A stretch of DNA of 27,416 nt from a virus (taxonomy: Duplodnaviria > Caudoviricetes), in IMG/VR virus record IMGVR_UViG_3300017766_000201, positions 1-27,416 of that record; one strand, given 5' to 3'. Position 1 is the stretch's first letter; every line of letters begins with the position of its first letter. Shown here one piece after another: positions 1-7,009 of the stretch. The translations under genes and the position numbers were made by a program. Under the pieces are notes generated by a model, which worked only from the letters and a program-made list of their open reading frames with translations, did not search any database and had not been told where the DNA came from.

Positions 1-72
1 GTACTTTCCAAACGAGTTGAAAGAACCTTTAGGGCATTTTAGTTCTGCCTGAACTTTTAGTAAACTTTTCAT
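1..72 (-). CDS. erf: ERF-family ssDNA annealing protein, N-terminal fragment (runs off window)
   Basis: Manual translation MKSLLKVQAELKCPKGSFNSFGKY resembles the ERF N-terminus (Q.ELK.PK...N.FGKY). Not in the ORF track. Confidence 0.75.
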   Translation of the reverse strand, partial: MKSLLKVQAELKCPKGSFNSFGKY

Positions 73-118
73 AGCGTTTATTATTGCGTGCGTTACGGAT
101 GCGCACCCCCCTGTTTAA

Positions 119-277
119 TTAATTTACAAAATATATGTGGTCACAATCTCCTTCACCACAATTCATCCACAACTCTTTACCTAATTCAGTTGCTTCCTCA
201 TCGTTTTGGCATTCGTATGCGTTCATCCATAACTCGTTGCCTTGTTCGTCTGCGTAAATAAAAAAGTAAGTTTTCAT
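119..277 (-). CDS. small acidic hypothetical early protein (52 aa)
   Basis: Manual translation MKTYFFIYADEQGNELWMNAYECQNDEEATELGKELWMNCGEGDCDHIYFVN. Directly downstream of a promoter, with AACGCTATG start context. Confidence 0.75.
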   Translation of the reverse strand: MKTYFFIYADEQGNELWMNAYECQNDEEATELGKELWMNCGEGDCDHIYFVN

Positions 278-301
278 AGCGTTTTATTTAAATGTTATAT
301 G

Positions 302-331
302 CAAATATAATACTTATTTTAATTCTGCAAA
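302..331 (-). promoter_or_regulatory. Bacteroidota housekeeping-sigma promoter (early)
   Basis: Minus strand reads TTTG-N18-TATATTTG, matching the -33 TTTG / -7 TAnnTTTG consensus. 287-309 is identical to 6613-6635. Confidence 0.75.
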
Positions 332-829
332 CTTTTTTTTATATTTTTTTATCAATTCTTTCAATTCGTCCTTGGTGAATTTCCTTGTAACTCTTGCTCT
401 TGCTTCAAGTTGATTGAATCTTTCAGCTCCGATTTTAGTTAGCAGGTTAGCTCTATACTCAATTAGATTACCTGATAAGAAACTATTGCACCTTTCGCAT
501 TGCAGGTGAACGTTATCCTCGTCAAAACGTACGTTCCAATGATTGTTAGCGTTGAAAAAATGTCCTGCGTTTACCTTTTTAGGTGTCTGCTTACAGGAAA
601 TGCATAGTTCGTCTTTATCACGCTCCCTGATGTATTTGTTGAATACCATTTGAGCTGCCTTTACGATGTCCTGCACAGTCTCTAAATCGGCTTTCATTTG
701 CTTTTTCTTCTTCTGCCAGTTCTTTACTTTCGCTTCTTGAACCCAAGCATCAACGCACATCTTATTCAAGCAGTATTTTTGATTAAACCGGATAGGCTCA
801 AACTTCTCTTTGCAATTCTTGCATCTCAT
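314..829 (-). CDS. ninG: NinG/Rap-like recombination endonuclease
   Basis: N-terminal CxxC..C..C, then FNKYIRERD, CISC, AGHF and NVHLQCERCN, typical of the lambda NinG family. Confidence 0.85.
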   Translation of the reverse strand: MRCKNCKEKFEPIRFNQKYCLNKMCVDAWVQEAKVKNWQKKKKQMKADLETVQDIVKAAQMVFNKYIRERDKDELCISCKQTPKKVNAGHFFNANNHWNVRFDEDNVHLQCERCNSFLSGNLIEYRANLLTKIGAERFNQLEARARVTRKFTKDELKELIKKYKKKFAELK

Positions 830-1899
830 AAAGGCAGTTGTTTTAAGATTTTGTAAAGTACATTAACTACGATTGAATTGCCTGCTTGCTTATATGCTTG
901 TGAGTCGCTCACGTTCCAAGTAAATGTATCAGGAAAGTCCATTAATCGAAAGCATTCTCTTGGAGTTAAACGTCTAATATAATTAGATTTAATTTTAGTT
1001 CCTTCTCCGTGTCCAAACCATAGCGTTGGACAAATTCCTTCTTCATCATATACACATCCATTCATTCCTATTCCTGATGGATTTGTATTACCTACTTTAA
1101 TCATTTTAGGTTGTTTGTAATCAGTTGCACTTAAACAACTCATTGCTTTAGAATTTAAATCATAAACCGAACCACGCTCCCCTCCTTTATTTAGATTTGC
1201 TATTTCTCCATTCGTTTTTTCCTGAAATGTAATTAACTCTAACATCTTCTCACTCAAAAAATACTTTTCATCTATATCACTATCCAGCACATCCTTCAAT
1301 CTCTTGGTCAAATGCTCTTCTCGTGGGAATTGAAATCGGTTGTCAGCATCATCACGGATACCAACCAAGAAAACTCGCTCACGATTCTGCGGAACTCCGT
1401 GATGCTTTGCATTAAGTACTTGCCAATATAAGTGATAAGGAACTGAATCATCATAAGGAAATAGCACTGGTACTCCGTTGACTGATTTTCCACCAAGCAT
1501 ATTTACCCACTCTTGAAACGTTCTTCCGTTGTCATCCGATAGTAAACCTTTAACATTCTCAAATATAAAAAATCGTGGTTTGTTTACCTGAATAAACTCG
1601 TGTGAGTTAAAAAACAAAATGCCTCTCTTATCGTCTTTTCCTAAACGCTTCCCTGCCAAACTGAATGCTTGACAAGGCGGTGATGTCATATAGATATCAA
1701 GTGATTCAGTCGGAATCTCTCGGTCATATACATTGGTTGGATAGTATTTAGGTTCACCATAGTTATGGATGAATGTATCTCGTGCATACTTATCCATATC
1801 ACAGGCAAACTCTTCTTCGTAATTTACTCCTAAACGCATTAGAGCTTGGTTGAATGCTCCTACACCTGAAAAGTCCGAACCTACTTTTAATTTTTTCAT
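826..1899 (-). CDS. DNA (cytosine-5) methyltransferase, orphan
   Basis: Motifs FSGVG (I), PPCQAFS (IV), ENVKGL (VI), QNRERVF (VIII), RRLTPRECFRLMDFP (IX), YKQAGNS (X). Confidence 0.95.
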   Translation of the reverse strand: MKKLKVGSDFSGVGAFNQALMRLGVNYEEEFACDMDKYARDTFIHNYGEPKYYPTNVYDREIPTESLDIYMTSPPCQAFSLAGKRLGKDDKRGILFFNSHEFIQVNKPRFFIFENVKGLLSDDNGRTFQEWVNMLGGKSVNGVPVLFPYDDSVPYHLYWQVLNAKHHGVPQNRERVFLVGIRDDADNRFQFPREEHLTKRLKDVLDSDIDEKYFLSEKMLELITFQEKTNGEIANLNKGGERGSVYDLNSKAMSCLSATDYKQPKMIKVGNTNPSGIGMNGCVYDEEGICPTLWFGHGEGTKIKSNYIRRLTPRECFRLMDFPDTFTWNVSDSQAYKQAGNSIVVNVLYKILKQLPL

Positions 1900-1910
1900 A
1901 GCGTGTTTTT

Positions 1911-2168
1911 TTAGTCTAATTCAATTACTTCTTCAATCCACTGGCGAAACAATATCTGCAACTGAATCTGCTCGTCAAATATCTTACCTGCGTTCTCTCC
2001 GTCTATTCGTAGAATGTCTCGGTCTACACGCTCAATTTCTTCTACAAGTATGTTTGCCTTACGCTTTAAGGATTGCTTAAATACATACTGATTGTTTAAA
2101 TCCTCAATGAAGTCTGCCAAGACAGGAAGGAAGGCGGTTAATGCTACTAATTTTTTTTCGATTTTCAT
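1911..2168 (-). CDS. hypothetical protein
   Basis: 85-aa ORF, start overlaps the stop of the upstream gene. Confidence 0.7.
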   Translation of the reverse strand: MKIEKKLVALTAFLPVLADFIEDLNNQYVFKQSLKRKANILVEEIERVDRDILRIDGENAGKIFDEQIQLQILFRQWIEEVIELD

Positions 2169-2461
2169 AATTCTACGTTTTTGTATTTGATTTCTTCTTG
2201 TAATTCTTGATAGGCTACTCGCAGTTGAGCGTTTCGTCTTGCCAGTTGGTTTAGCTCTCTGTTTAGATTTGTTATTTCGTCTTCAAGTAGGTTAATCACC
2301 TGAATAGTCTCAAGTAAATACTCCTCGCTTTCCTTACCTCCATTAATGTAGTCTTTGGCATCAGGCTTCTCCTTTTCAAGTTTCTCTCTTACGTTTTTAA
2401 TTCGTTCTTTAACCGTCCATACGGTTGTCTTTGCCCATAGTATTTTAAGTGATAAGTCCAT
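2165..2461 (-). CDS. coiled-coil hypothetical protein
   Basis: Start moved to MDLSLK (2461), which has an A-rich upstream region and does not overlap the previous gene. Heptad-rich C-terminus. Confidence 0.7.
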   Translation of the reverse strand: MDLSLKILWAKTTVWTVKERIKNVREKLEKEKPDAKDYINGGKESEEYLLETIQVINLLEDEITNLNRELNQLARRNAQLRVAYQELQEEIKYKNVEL

Positions 2462-2472
2462 TTTTCGTTTAT

Positions 2473-3321
2473 TTATAGTCCACAATATCCTGAATCGCAA
2501 TCGTTAAAGTCATCGTCAAATAAATCCAACTGCAATTTATGGTTTTTAATCTTTTCGTAAGTTACTCCGCTTTTAAATGTGCATCCGTTTTTTTGCTCCA
2601 TACGTACAAACCAATCAAACTGCTTCTCGTCTCGTTGGCTCATATGCTTTAAGAATATCTCGGAGCGATGAAAGCATCCAACACAATTATTTTTGTACGC
2701 AAAGCGCACAGGTTTATCTTGCCAGTAGTTCTCAACAGTATCCTTAAATATACCTGCTTCAATTAGCGGAAAGCGCGTCATTCTATACGGAAGCTCTTTC
2801 CATTTGTTACGTCCGTTTTTCTGTCCTACTTTAAACTTAAAGTTTTCTACTCCGTCAACGGCTCGCTCTATCATTGTTTTAGCGCGGCTCATTTCGTTGG
2901 CTCTGAATCCGATTCTCATCTCTACAGGAAGTTCCGTGTTTTCGTAGCACCATTGAGCAATAGGTTTAACTTTCATATCCGTAGTGCAAAAGCGTGTCAT
3001 TTGATTAGGCAAGTAATTCGTGCCATTAGCCATCTTGTATGATGCTATTACCTCATCAAATGTTTTGTCGCTTAACCAAATAATCTCCTGACCGATGTAC
3101 TGCTCAAGGTCAAGCATTGTGTAAATGATTGTGTCCTCTTCAAGTGTACCGATGAACTCCTTACCGATTCTGTCGCTTACAATTTGACGAATCTTTGCGT
3201 CAGGGAATAAGACCTTAACGTCATCAGTTCTAACCAATGAAAACACGTTGTAGTCAGCAGGATAGTTTGCTGCTATGTAACTTGAGGTTTTGCCTCCGCT
3301 TAATGAGTTAACTGTCTTCAT
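2473..3321 (-). CDS. PAPS-reductase-like / adenine nucleotide alpha-hydrolase family protein
   Basis: PP-loop SLSGGKTS, RFCT..MK, IGFRANE..R, FPLI, NNCVGCF, and C-terminal CDSGYCG. Confidence 0.8.
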   Translation of the reverse strand: MKTVNSLSGGKTSSYIAANYPADYNVFSLVRTDDVKVLFPDAKIRQIVSDRIGKEFIGTLEEDTIIYTMLDLEQYIGQEIIWLSDKTFDEVIASYKMANGTNYLPNQMTRFCTTDMKVKPIAQWCYENTELPVEMRIGFRANEMSRAKTMIERAVDGVENFKFKVGQKNGRNKWKELPYRMTRFPLIEAGIFKDTVENYWQDKPVRFAYKNNCVGCFHRSEIFLKHMSQRDEKQFDWFVRMEQKNGCTFKSGVTYEKIKNHKLQLDLFDDDFNDCDSGYCGL

Positions 3322-3322
3322 T

Positions 3323-4267
3323 TTAAAAAGGGTTTTGGTTTGCTAATCTACGGAGTTTATCCGATGTACTTTCTATTTGTCCGTCTTTTGGTATCGTCAT
3401 CTGCTTCTCGTTTGGTCTAAATGGCGTTAAAGGATCAACTCCGTTTATTTGGAAGCCAATGCCTGAATTGAAATCACATATAACAGGAAAATCCATCTCC
3501 GTATGTTTACCTCCAGTCTCCATATCCTTGACCTTTTCTACTTGAATCCAAGTTTTGTACTTATGTTCGGGGTGTTTAATCAATCGGTGAATGACTAACA
3601 TATCATCGCATCGGTTAGTAAAGCTCTTACCGCCTTCAATGTGGTCTTTAAGCGGTGCTTTTAAATGCCCTTTTAGCTCTCCTTCTGCATACAAGTTACC
3701 TCCTCTACCTGATTCGGAGTTAGGGTGCGTGTTTATGTAGATTGTCATTCCGTTTTGATTCACAAACTGACGTGCCTTATTCATAAATTCGTAGTTACCT
3801 GAAAAACTCATCTCTCGGTCAAGTCCTGTAAAAGGGTCTATAAGTCCTACATTAGCACCGCTCTTTTTAAATAGCTCAAGTATCTCATCAGGTTTGTACA
3901 ATTTTGAGTTGTCTATGAACGTAAAGAACTGCTCCAAGTACGCAAGATCACCGCTGATTTGATGGTGGCTTAATTTACTGAAGTGCTTGCCTCTATACAT
4001 CTGAATCATATCACGCAGGATTTGACCTTTTTGATTTTCGCCTGACCAAATGCAGAACGTTAGTCCGTGTTTTAGTGCAAGCGTAATAAAGTACCAGTTA
4101 ATCCAATACGTCTTGCCAACGTTGTCGTGACCTAAAATGATGTTTAGTTGTTTAGGCTTAAATCTCAAATGCTCGTCTAAAAAGCAGTCAAGACCAAGTC
4201 CTTGTTTGATTTTACCATCTCTAACATCGAGTAGGTATTGTAGTGAGTCTCCTTGTTTTAGTAGCAT
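3323..4267 (-). CDS. DnaB-like (SF4) replicative helicase
   Basis: Walker A GHDNVGKT, SGEN, Walker B LIDP, THP and D..LVIHR motifs. Follows the initiator gene. Confidence 0.8.
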   Translation of the reverse strand: MLLKQGDSLQYLLDVRDGKIKQGLGLDCFLDEHLRFKPKQLNIILGHDNVGKTYWINWYFITLALKHGLTFCIWSGENQKGQILRDMIQMYRGKHFSKLSHHQISGDLAYLEQFFTFIDNSKLYKPDEILELFKKSGANVGLIDPFTGLDREMSFSGNYEFMNKARQFVNQNGMTIYINTHPNSESGRGGNLYAEGELKGHLKAPLKDHIEGGKSFTNRCDDMLVIHRLIKHPEHKYKTWIQVEKVKDMETGGKHTEMDFPVICDFNSGIGFQINGVDPLTPFRPNEKQMTIPKDGQIESTSDKLRRLANQNPF

Positions 4268-4914
4268 CAGTTATTTTTTAGTGCGGTTAATAATCTATCG
4301 TTTTCCTTTTCAAGCCAATTAGCGTTAAATCCTTTCCAAGATCGCTCTACGCATTTTCTTAAAATATTGTTACGATCTCCTCCGTGTTTTTGTACTTGAG
4401 TAATAAATGAGTTAAACGCAGTTTCAGTATTTACGGCTTTTAATTGTTTACGAACTTCCATCCATTCAAGAGATAACTTTTCGTCAAATCCGTTTTCAAG
4501 TAGAGAAGCTAAAAAGCTATATTTATTATTCTTTTCATTCTTTTTATTCTTGTTAGTGGTCGTTTGTTGGTCGCTCGTTGGTCGCTCGTTGGTCGTTTCG
4601 TTGGTCTCTAATTGGTATTTATAGTAGTTAACTAACTGAATAATAGTGCCTTGAGAGCTTGTTTTGATGGTCACTTCGTTGGTCGATTTTAACTTATCTA
4701 AAGCAGTTCTGACTTGACGTACACTTAAGCCAGTTTCCATAGCTAAAATATCCCTTGAAGTAACAACACTGCCTTTGATTAATTCAAAACCTTTAAACCT
4801 CCTGTCTTTGTGATTAGCCTTTAACATTAGGTGTAAGAAAACACGAAACGTAGTTGGTTCGGAATACCATTCCCATTCTAAAATCTTTCTATGTAATTTA
4901 ATCCATCCGCTCAT
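4267..4914 (-). CDS. phage replication initiator / replisome organiser
   Basis: MSGWIKLHRKILEWEWY..FLHLMLKANH and HTH LAMETGLSVRQVRTALDKL. Internal iterons. ATG at 4914 preferred over TTG at 4923. Confidence 0.8.
   Translation of the reverse strand: MSGWIKLHRKILEWEWYSEPTTFRVFLHLMLKANHKDRRFKGFELIKGSVVTSRDILAMETGLSVRQVRTALDKLKSTNEVTIKTSSQGTIIQLVNYYKYQLETNETTNERPTSDQQTTTNKNKKNEKNNKYSFLASLLENGFDEKLSLEWMEVRKQLKAVNTETAFNSFITQVQKHGGDRNNILRKCVERSWKGFNANWLEKENDRLLTALKNN
4557..4608. repeat. iteron array, putative replication origin inside the initiator gene
   Basis: Five TGGTC-cored units at 11-12 bp period (TTGGTCGCTCG twice exactly), next to an AT-rich tract at 4511-4550. A further copy lies near 4677-4686. 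Confidence 0.75.
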
Positions 4915-4931
4915 CTGCAACAATTAGATAT

Positions 4932-4984
4932 AAAAAAAAGCCCATTAAGTTTCGTGGTTGCAGCACTACTCCTCAATGGACTTT
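4932..4984 (-). terminator. intrinsic terminator / attenuator in the initiator leader
   Basis: AAAGUCCAUUGAG pairs with CUUAAUGGGCUUU (13 bp, 2 GU pairs) around a 22-nt loop, ending in a U8 tract about 17 nt before the ATG. Confidence 0.7.
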
Positions 4985-5018
4985 CAATAATGTTTTTAAT
5001 GGGTCTGCAACACCCTTA

Positions 5019-5026
5019 CAAAGATA
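5019..5026 (-). promoter_or_regulatory. putative -7 promoter element for the initiator leader
   Basis: TATCTTTG fits TAnnTTTG. The nearest upstream TTTG is only 12 nt away, so the -33 element is doubtful. Confidence 0.5.
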
Positions 5027-5055
5027 ACGCATAACTATCAAAAAAGTTGCATCAG

Positions 5056-5448
5056 CTATAAACTTTTTTCGTATTTACCTAATTTTATATGTCGCTGAAT
5101 CTTCTTGAACTGCGTGTACGTTTTTGCCTTTAGAACGTCTTTTATTAAGTCAGGTGAATCATCGTAGTAAGGAAGCGTTGCACCATATAAGACCTCATCT
5201 ATTCGCCTTGTAGCTATCTTGTAGTCTTCGTATCCGAAACGATGTAAGTCTTCGTGTTGACGTAGTCCGTGAAGGACAGTAGCGTGGTGTTTACCACCAA
5301 ACATATTTCCAATTTCGGTTAACGTGTAGTCAATTTTGCGCAGTTCGTTGTAGAGGTAGTACCTGCGGTATATGTAATCTCTACTGCGGTTTTTTGATTT
5401 TAAGCCGTATTCATTGATCAGGCTTTCTATAAGTTCTAATTTTGTCAT
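5056..5448 (-). CDS. DnaA C-terminal (domain IV)-like HTH protein
   Basis: LTEIGNMFGGKHHATVLHGLR resembles the DnaA signature L.EIG..FGGRDHTTVLHA. Confidence 0.75.
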   Translation of the reverse strand: MTKLELIESLINEYGLKSKNRSRDYIYRRYYLYNELRKIDYTLTEIGNMFGGKHHATVLHGLRQHEDLHRFGYEDYKIATRRIDEVLYGATLPYYDDSPDLIKDVLKAKTYTQFKKIQRHIKLGKYEKSL

Positions 5449-5600
5449 TTCGGTTCGATTGGGGTTACTATAAATTTTCCGTCATTGTATCTGCCTGTCA
5501 CAAGTAAGTCGTGTTTCTTCCAATAGGCTAAAGACTGCGAGGTGAGTATCCATTCTTGAACTACTGCCAGTCCTATTTTGTATGTTAGTTTGTATCTCAT
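5445..5600 (-). CDS. hypothetical protein (51 aa)
   Basis: Start moved to MRYKLTYK at 5600, which gives an ATGA overlap with the upstream stop. Confidence 0.6.
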   Translation of the reverse strand: MRYKLTYKIGLAVVQEWILTSQSLAYWKKHDLLVTGRYNDGKFIVTPIEPK

Positions 5601-5797
5601 AGCTTTTCTAATTCGTGTTTTACTTCTTTCCAAAAATCTATTATTAGTCTATTTTGCCAATGATGCTCGTGTAAAGCCTCAATTACTTCATTAACTGCAA
5701 CCAGTGCGCACATAACTGAATCTTCATAGACTTCATCGTGCATCAACACGGATGAAAATTGCTCTACTAAATCTAATGCTTTTTCTTTCGGTGTCAT
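5597..5797 (-). CDS. hypothetical protein
   Basis: 66 aa, MTPKEKA..L...W.EVK.ELEKL. Translationally coupled on both sides. Confidence 0.7.
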   Translation of the reverse strand: MTPKEKALDLVEQFSSVLMHDEVYEDSVMCALVAVNEVIEALHEHHWQNRLIIDFWKEVKHELEKL

Positions 5798-5904
5798 ATC
5801 TCTTGCATTTTGATTTCACAAATTCGGTTGTAAAGATCGTGGTTAAATGATGTCCAAAATCGGTTTACCTGATAGTGGTTAAATGAACTAATTAAGCTCG
5901 TCAT
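5794..5904 (-). CDS. small hypothetical protein (36 aa)
   Basis: Likely start MTSLISS. Internal duplication SFNHYQVNR / SFNHDLYNR. Fills the gap between neighbours. Confidence 0.45.
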   Translation of the reverse strand: MTSLISSFNHYQVNRFWTSFNHDLYNRICEIKMQEI

Positions 5905-6193
5905 CGTGTTCGTTGTAGGATTCAACGTAGGCATCTTCAAACGTGTTGGATTCGTAAAGTCTTTCAAGGCAGTCATCGCATTCTCTTGTTTGTTTGATCG
6001 TAAGTTTTTCATCGTAGGTTTTTTTAGTTATTTTGTAATGAGCGTAAGCATCGTAAATTTTTATTTCGTATTCGGCAAGGATTTCTCCGTTAGTGTCCGT
6101 GTCTCCTTCATCCCATAGCGTGACCATCAGGTAAACAAAATTGAGTTCGCTTGGCGAGTAAACATCAAAATCTTTAAGTTCAGGTACAATCAT
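5888..6193 (-). CDS. acidic hypothetical protein
   Basis: Start moved to MIVPELK (6193), 1 nt after the upstream stop. Confidence 0.65.
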   Translation of the reverse strand: MIVPELKDFDVYSPSELNFVYLMVTLWDEGDTDTNGEILAEYEIKIYDAYAHYKITKKTYDEKLTIKQTRECDDCLERLYESNTFEDAYVESYNEHDDELN

Positions 6194-6194
6194 C

Positions 6195-6440
6195 TTATTT
6201 GAATTTATCGTTGTAAACGTGGTTAACATATTTGTCAAAAGACGGCTTGAGTTCGTACGTCTTCTTTTTGTAGGTCTGCGTGTCCGTTGTTTTGGCATCC
6301 AATACTGGGTAGCTATTTGTGCTTTGCAACCAAATCAAGAAAAACACGATTAAAACTGCGATAACTGCACCTGCTAAAGTTTCTCTCTCGTCTTGATTCA
6401 ATCCCTTGAACCAAACTACATACTGATTAATTGTTTTCAT
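6195..6440 (-). CDS. single-TM membrane protein
   Basis: Hydrophobic run LAGAVIAVLIVFFLIWL. Confidence 0.7.
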   Translation of the reverse strand: MKTINQYVVWFKGLNQDERETLAGAVIAVLIVFFLIWLQSTNSYPVLDAKTTDTQTYKKKTYELKPSFDKYVNHVYNDKFK

Positions 6441-6603
6441 TCTCTTCGATTTTATCTAAAATGTTTACTAATGCACCCCATTGCGCTTGGGTGTGTAGCG
6501 TACCTCTGTCATCATAGCCAAACCATCTACGTTGTTCCTGAAGCTCTGCGTAAAGCTCTCTTTCTTCGTTGAAGATTAGTTCTAAAATTTCTTCTTTTGT
6601 CAT
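6427..6603 (-). CDS. first early gene, hypothetical (58 aa)
   Basis: Start MTKEEIL at 6603 with AACGCTATG context, directly after a promoter. The longer track ORF overlaps that promoter. Confidence 0.7.
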   Translation of the reverse strand: MTKEEILELIFNEERELYAELQEQRRWFGYDDRGTLHTQAQWGALVNILDKIEENENN

Positions 6604-6627
6604 AGCGTTGTTTTTAAATGTTATATG

Positions 6628-6657
6628 CAAATATATAGATAAGGTTTCAATTATCAA
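6628..6657 (-). promoter_or_regulatory. Bacteroidota housekeeping-sigma promoter (main early)
   Basis: TTG-N19-TATATTTG. 6601-6635 matches 275-309 at 33 of 35 nt. Confidence 0.75.
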
Positions 6658-6727
6658 CAAACTTTTTTAACATTTTTTTAGATTTCCTTATTTTACAAGG
6701 GTTGTAGACGCAAACTTTTTTTTAAGT

Positions 6728-6936
6728 TTTAAGGCTTTACCCTTATATAAAGTCAGTTTTTATGCATTTTTTAAGCCTATAACCTTACGATTTGGGTACT
6801 TTGTTTAAGGCTATAACCTTTATTTTCTATACATAAGCCGCCCAACGTGTATAGATTTTGCGATTTTCTATACATAACGTACCCGAAAAGGTGTAAAAAT
6901 TCAACTATAAAGTGGGATTATACCCGATTAGGTATA
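6728..6936. repeat. non-coding cluster of short semi-palindromic repeats
   Basis: TTTAAG(G/C)CT(A/T)TA(A/C)CCTT at 6728, 6770 and 6804. ATTTTCTATACATAA at 6822 and 6863. TACCCGAnnAGGTrTA at 6880 and 6921. Confidence 0.7.
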
Positions 6937-6947
6937 CTATATTAAAC

Positions 6948-6973
6948 AAAAAAGCCCCCGATTAAGGAGGCTC
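6948..6973 (-). terminator. intrinsic terminator ending the late/lysis operon
   Basis: GAGCCUCC-UUAAUC-GGGGGCUU running into a U6 tract. Confidence 0.8.
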
Positions 6974-7000
6974 TTACGCTATGAATAGTGGCAGGTGTCA
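6948..7000 (-). ncRNA. candidate ~50-nt antisense sRNA
   Basis: TATATTTG element at 7001-7008, then UUCAUAGCGU (complement of early start regions), then the terminator. Confidence 0.45.
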
Positions 7001-7009
7001 CAAATATAA

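Noticed and set aside
163-171. DnaA-box-like TCATCCACA
   Set aside because: It is a single mismatched copy inside a coding region, as expected by chance.
1308-1496. Nested minus-strand ORFs here and at 7143-7391, 7300-7488 and 14628-14810
   Set aside because: They are out-of-frame ORFs inside conserved genes, with no slippery site, start context or translational coupling.
6874-6895. Possible fifth late promoter (TACGTTAT)
   Set aside because: The octamer has a mismatch, TACA is 10 rather than 12 nt away, and there is no ATG at the N6 position.
6728-6936. Possible mini-CRISPR array
   Set aside because: The repeats are short, degenerate, of three different families and irregularly spaced, and no cas genes are present.
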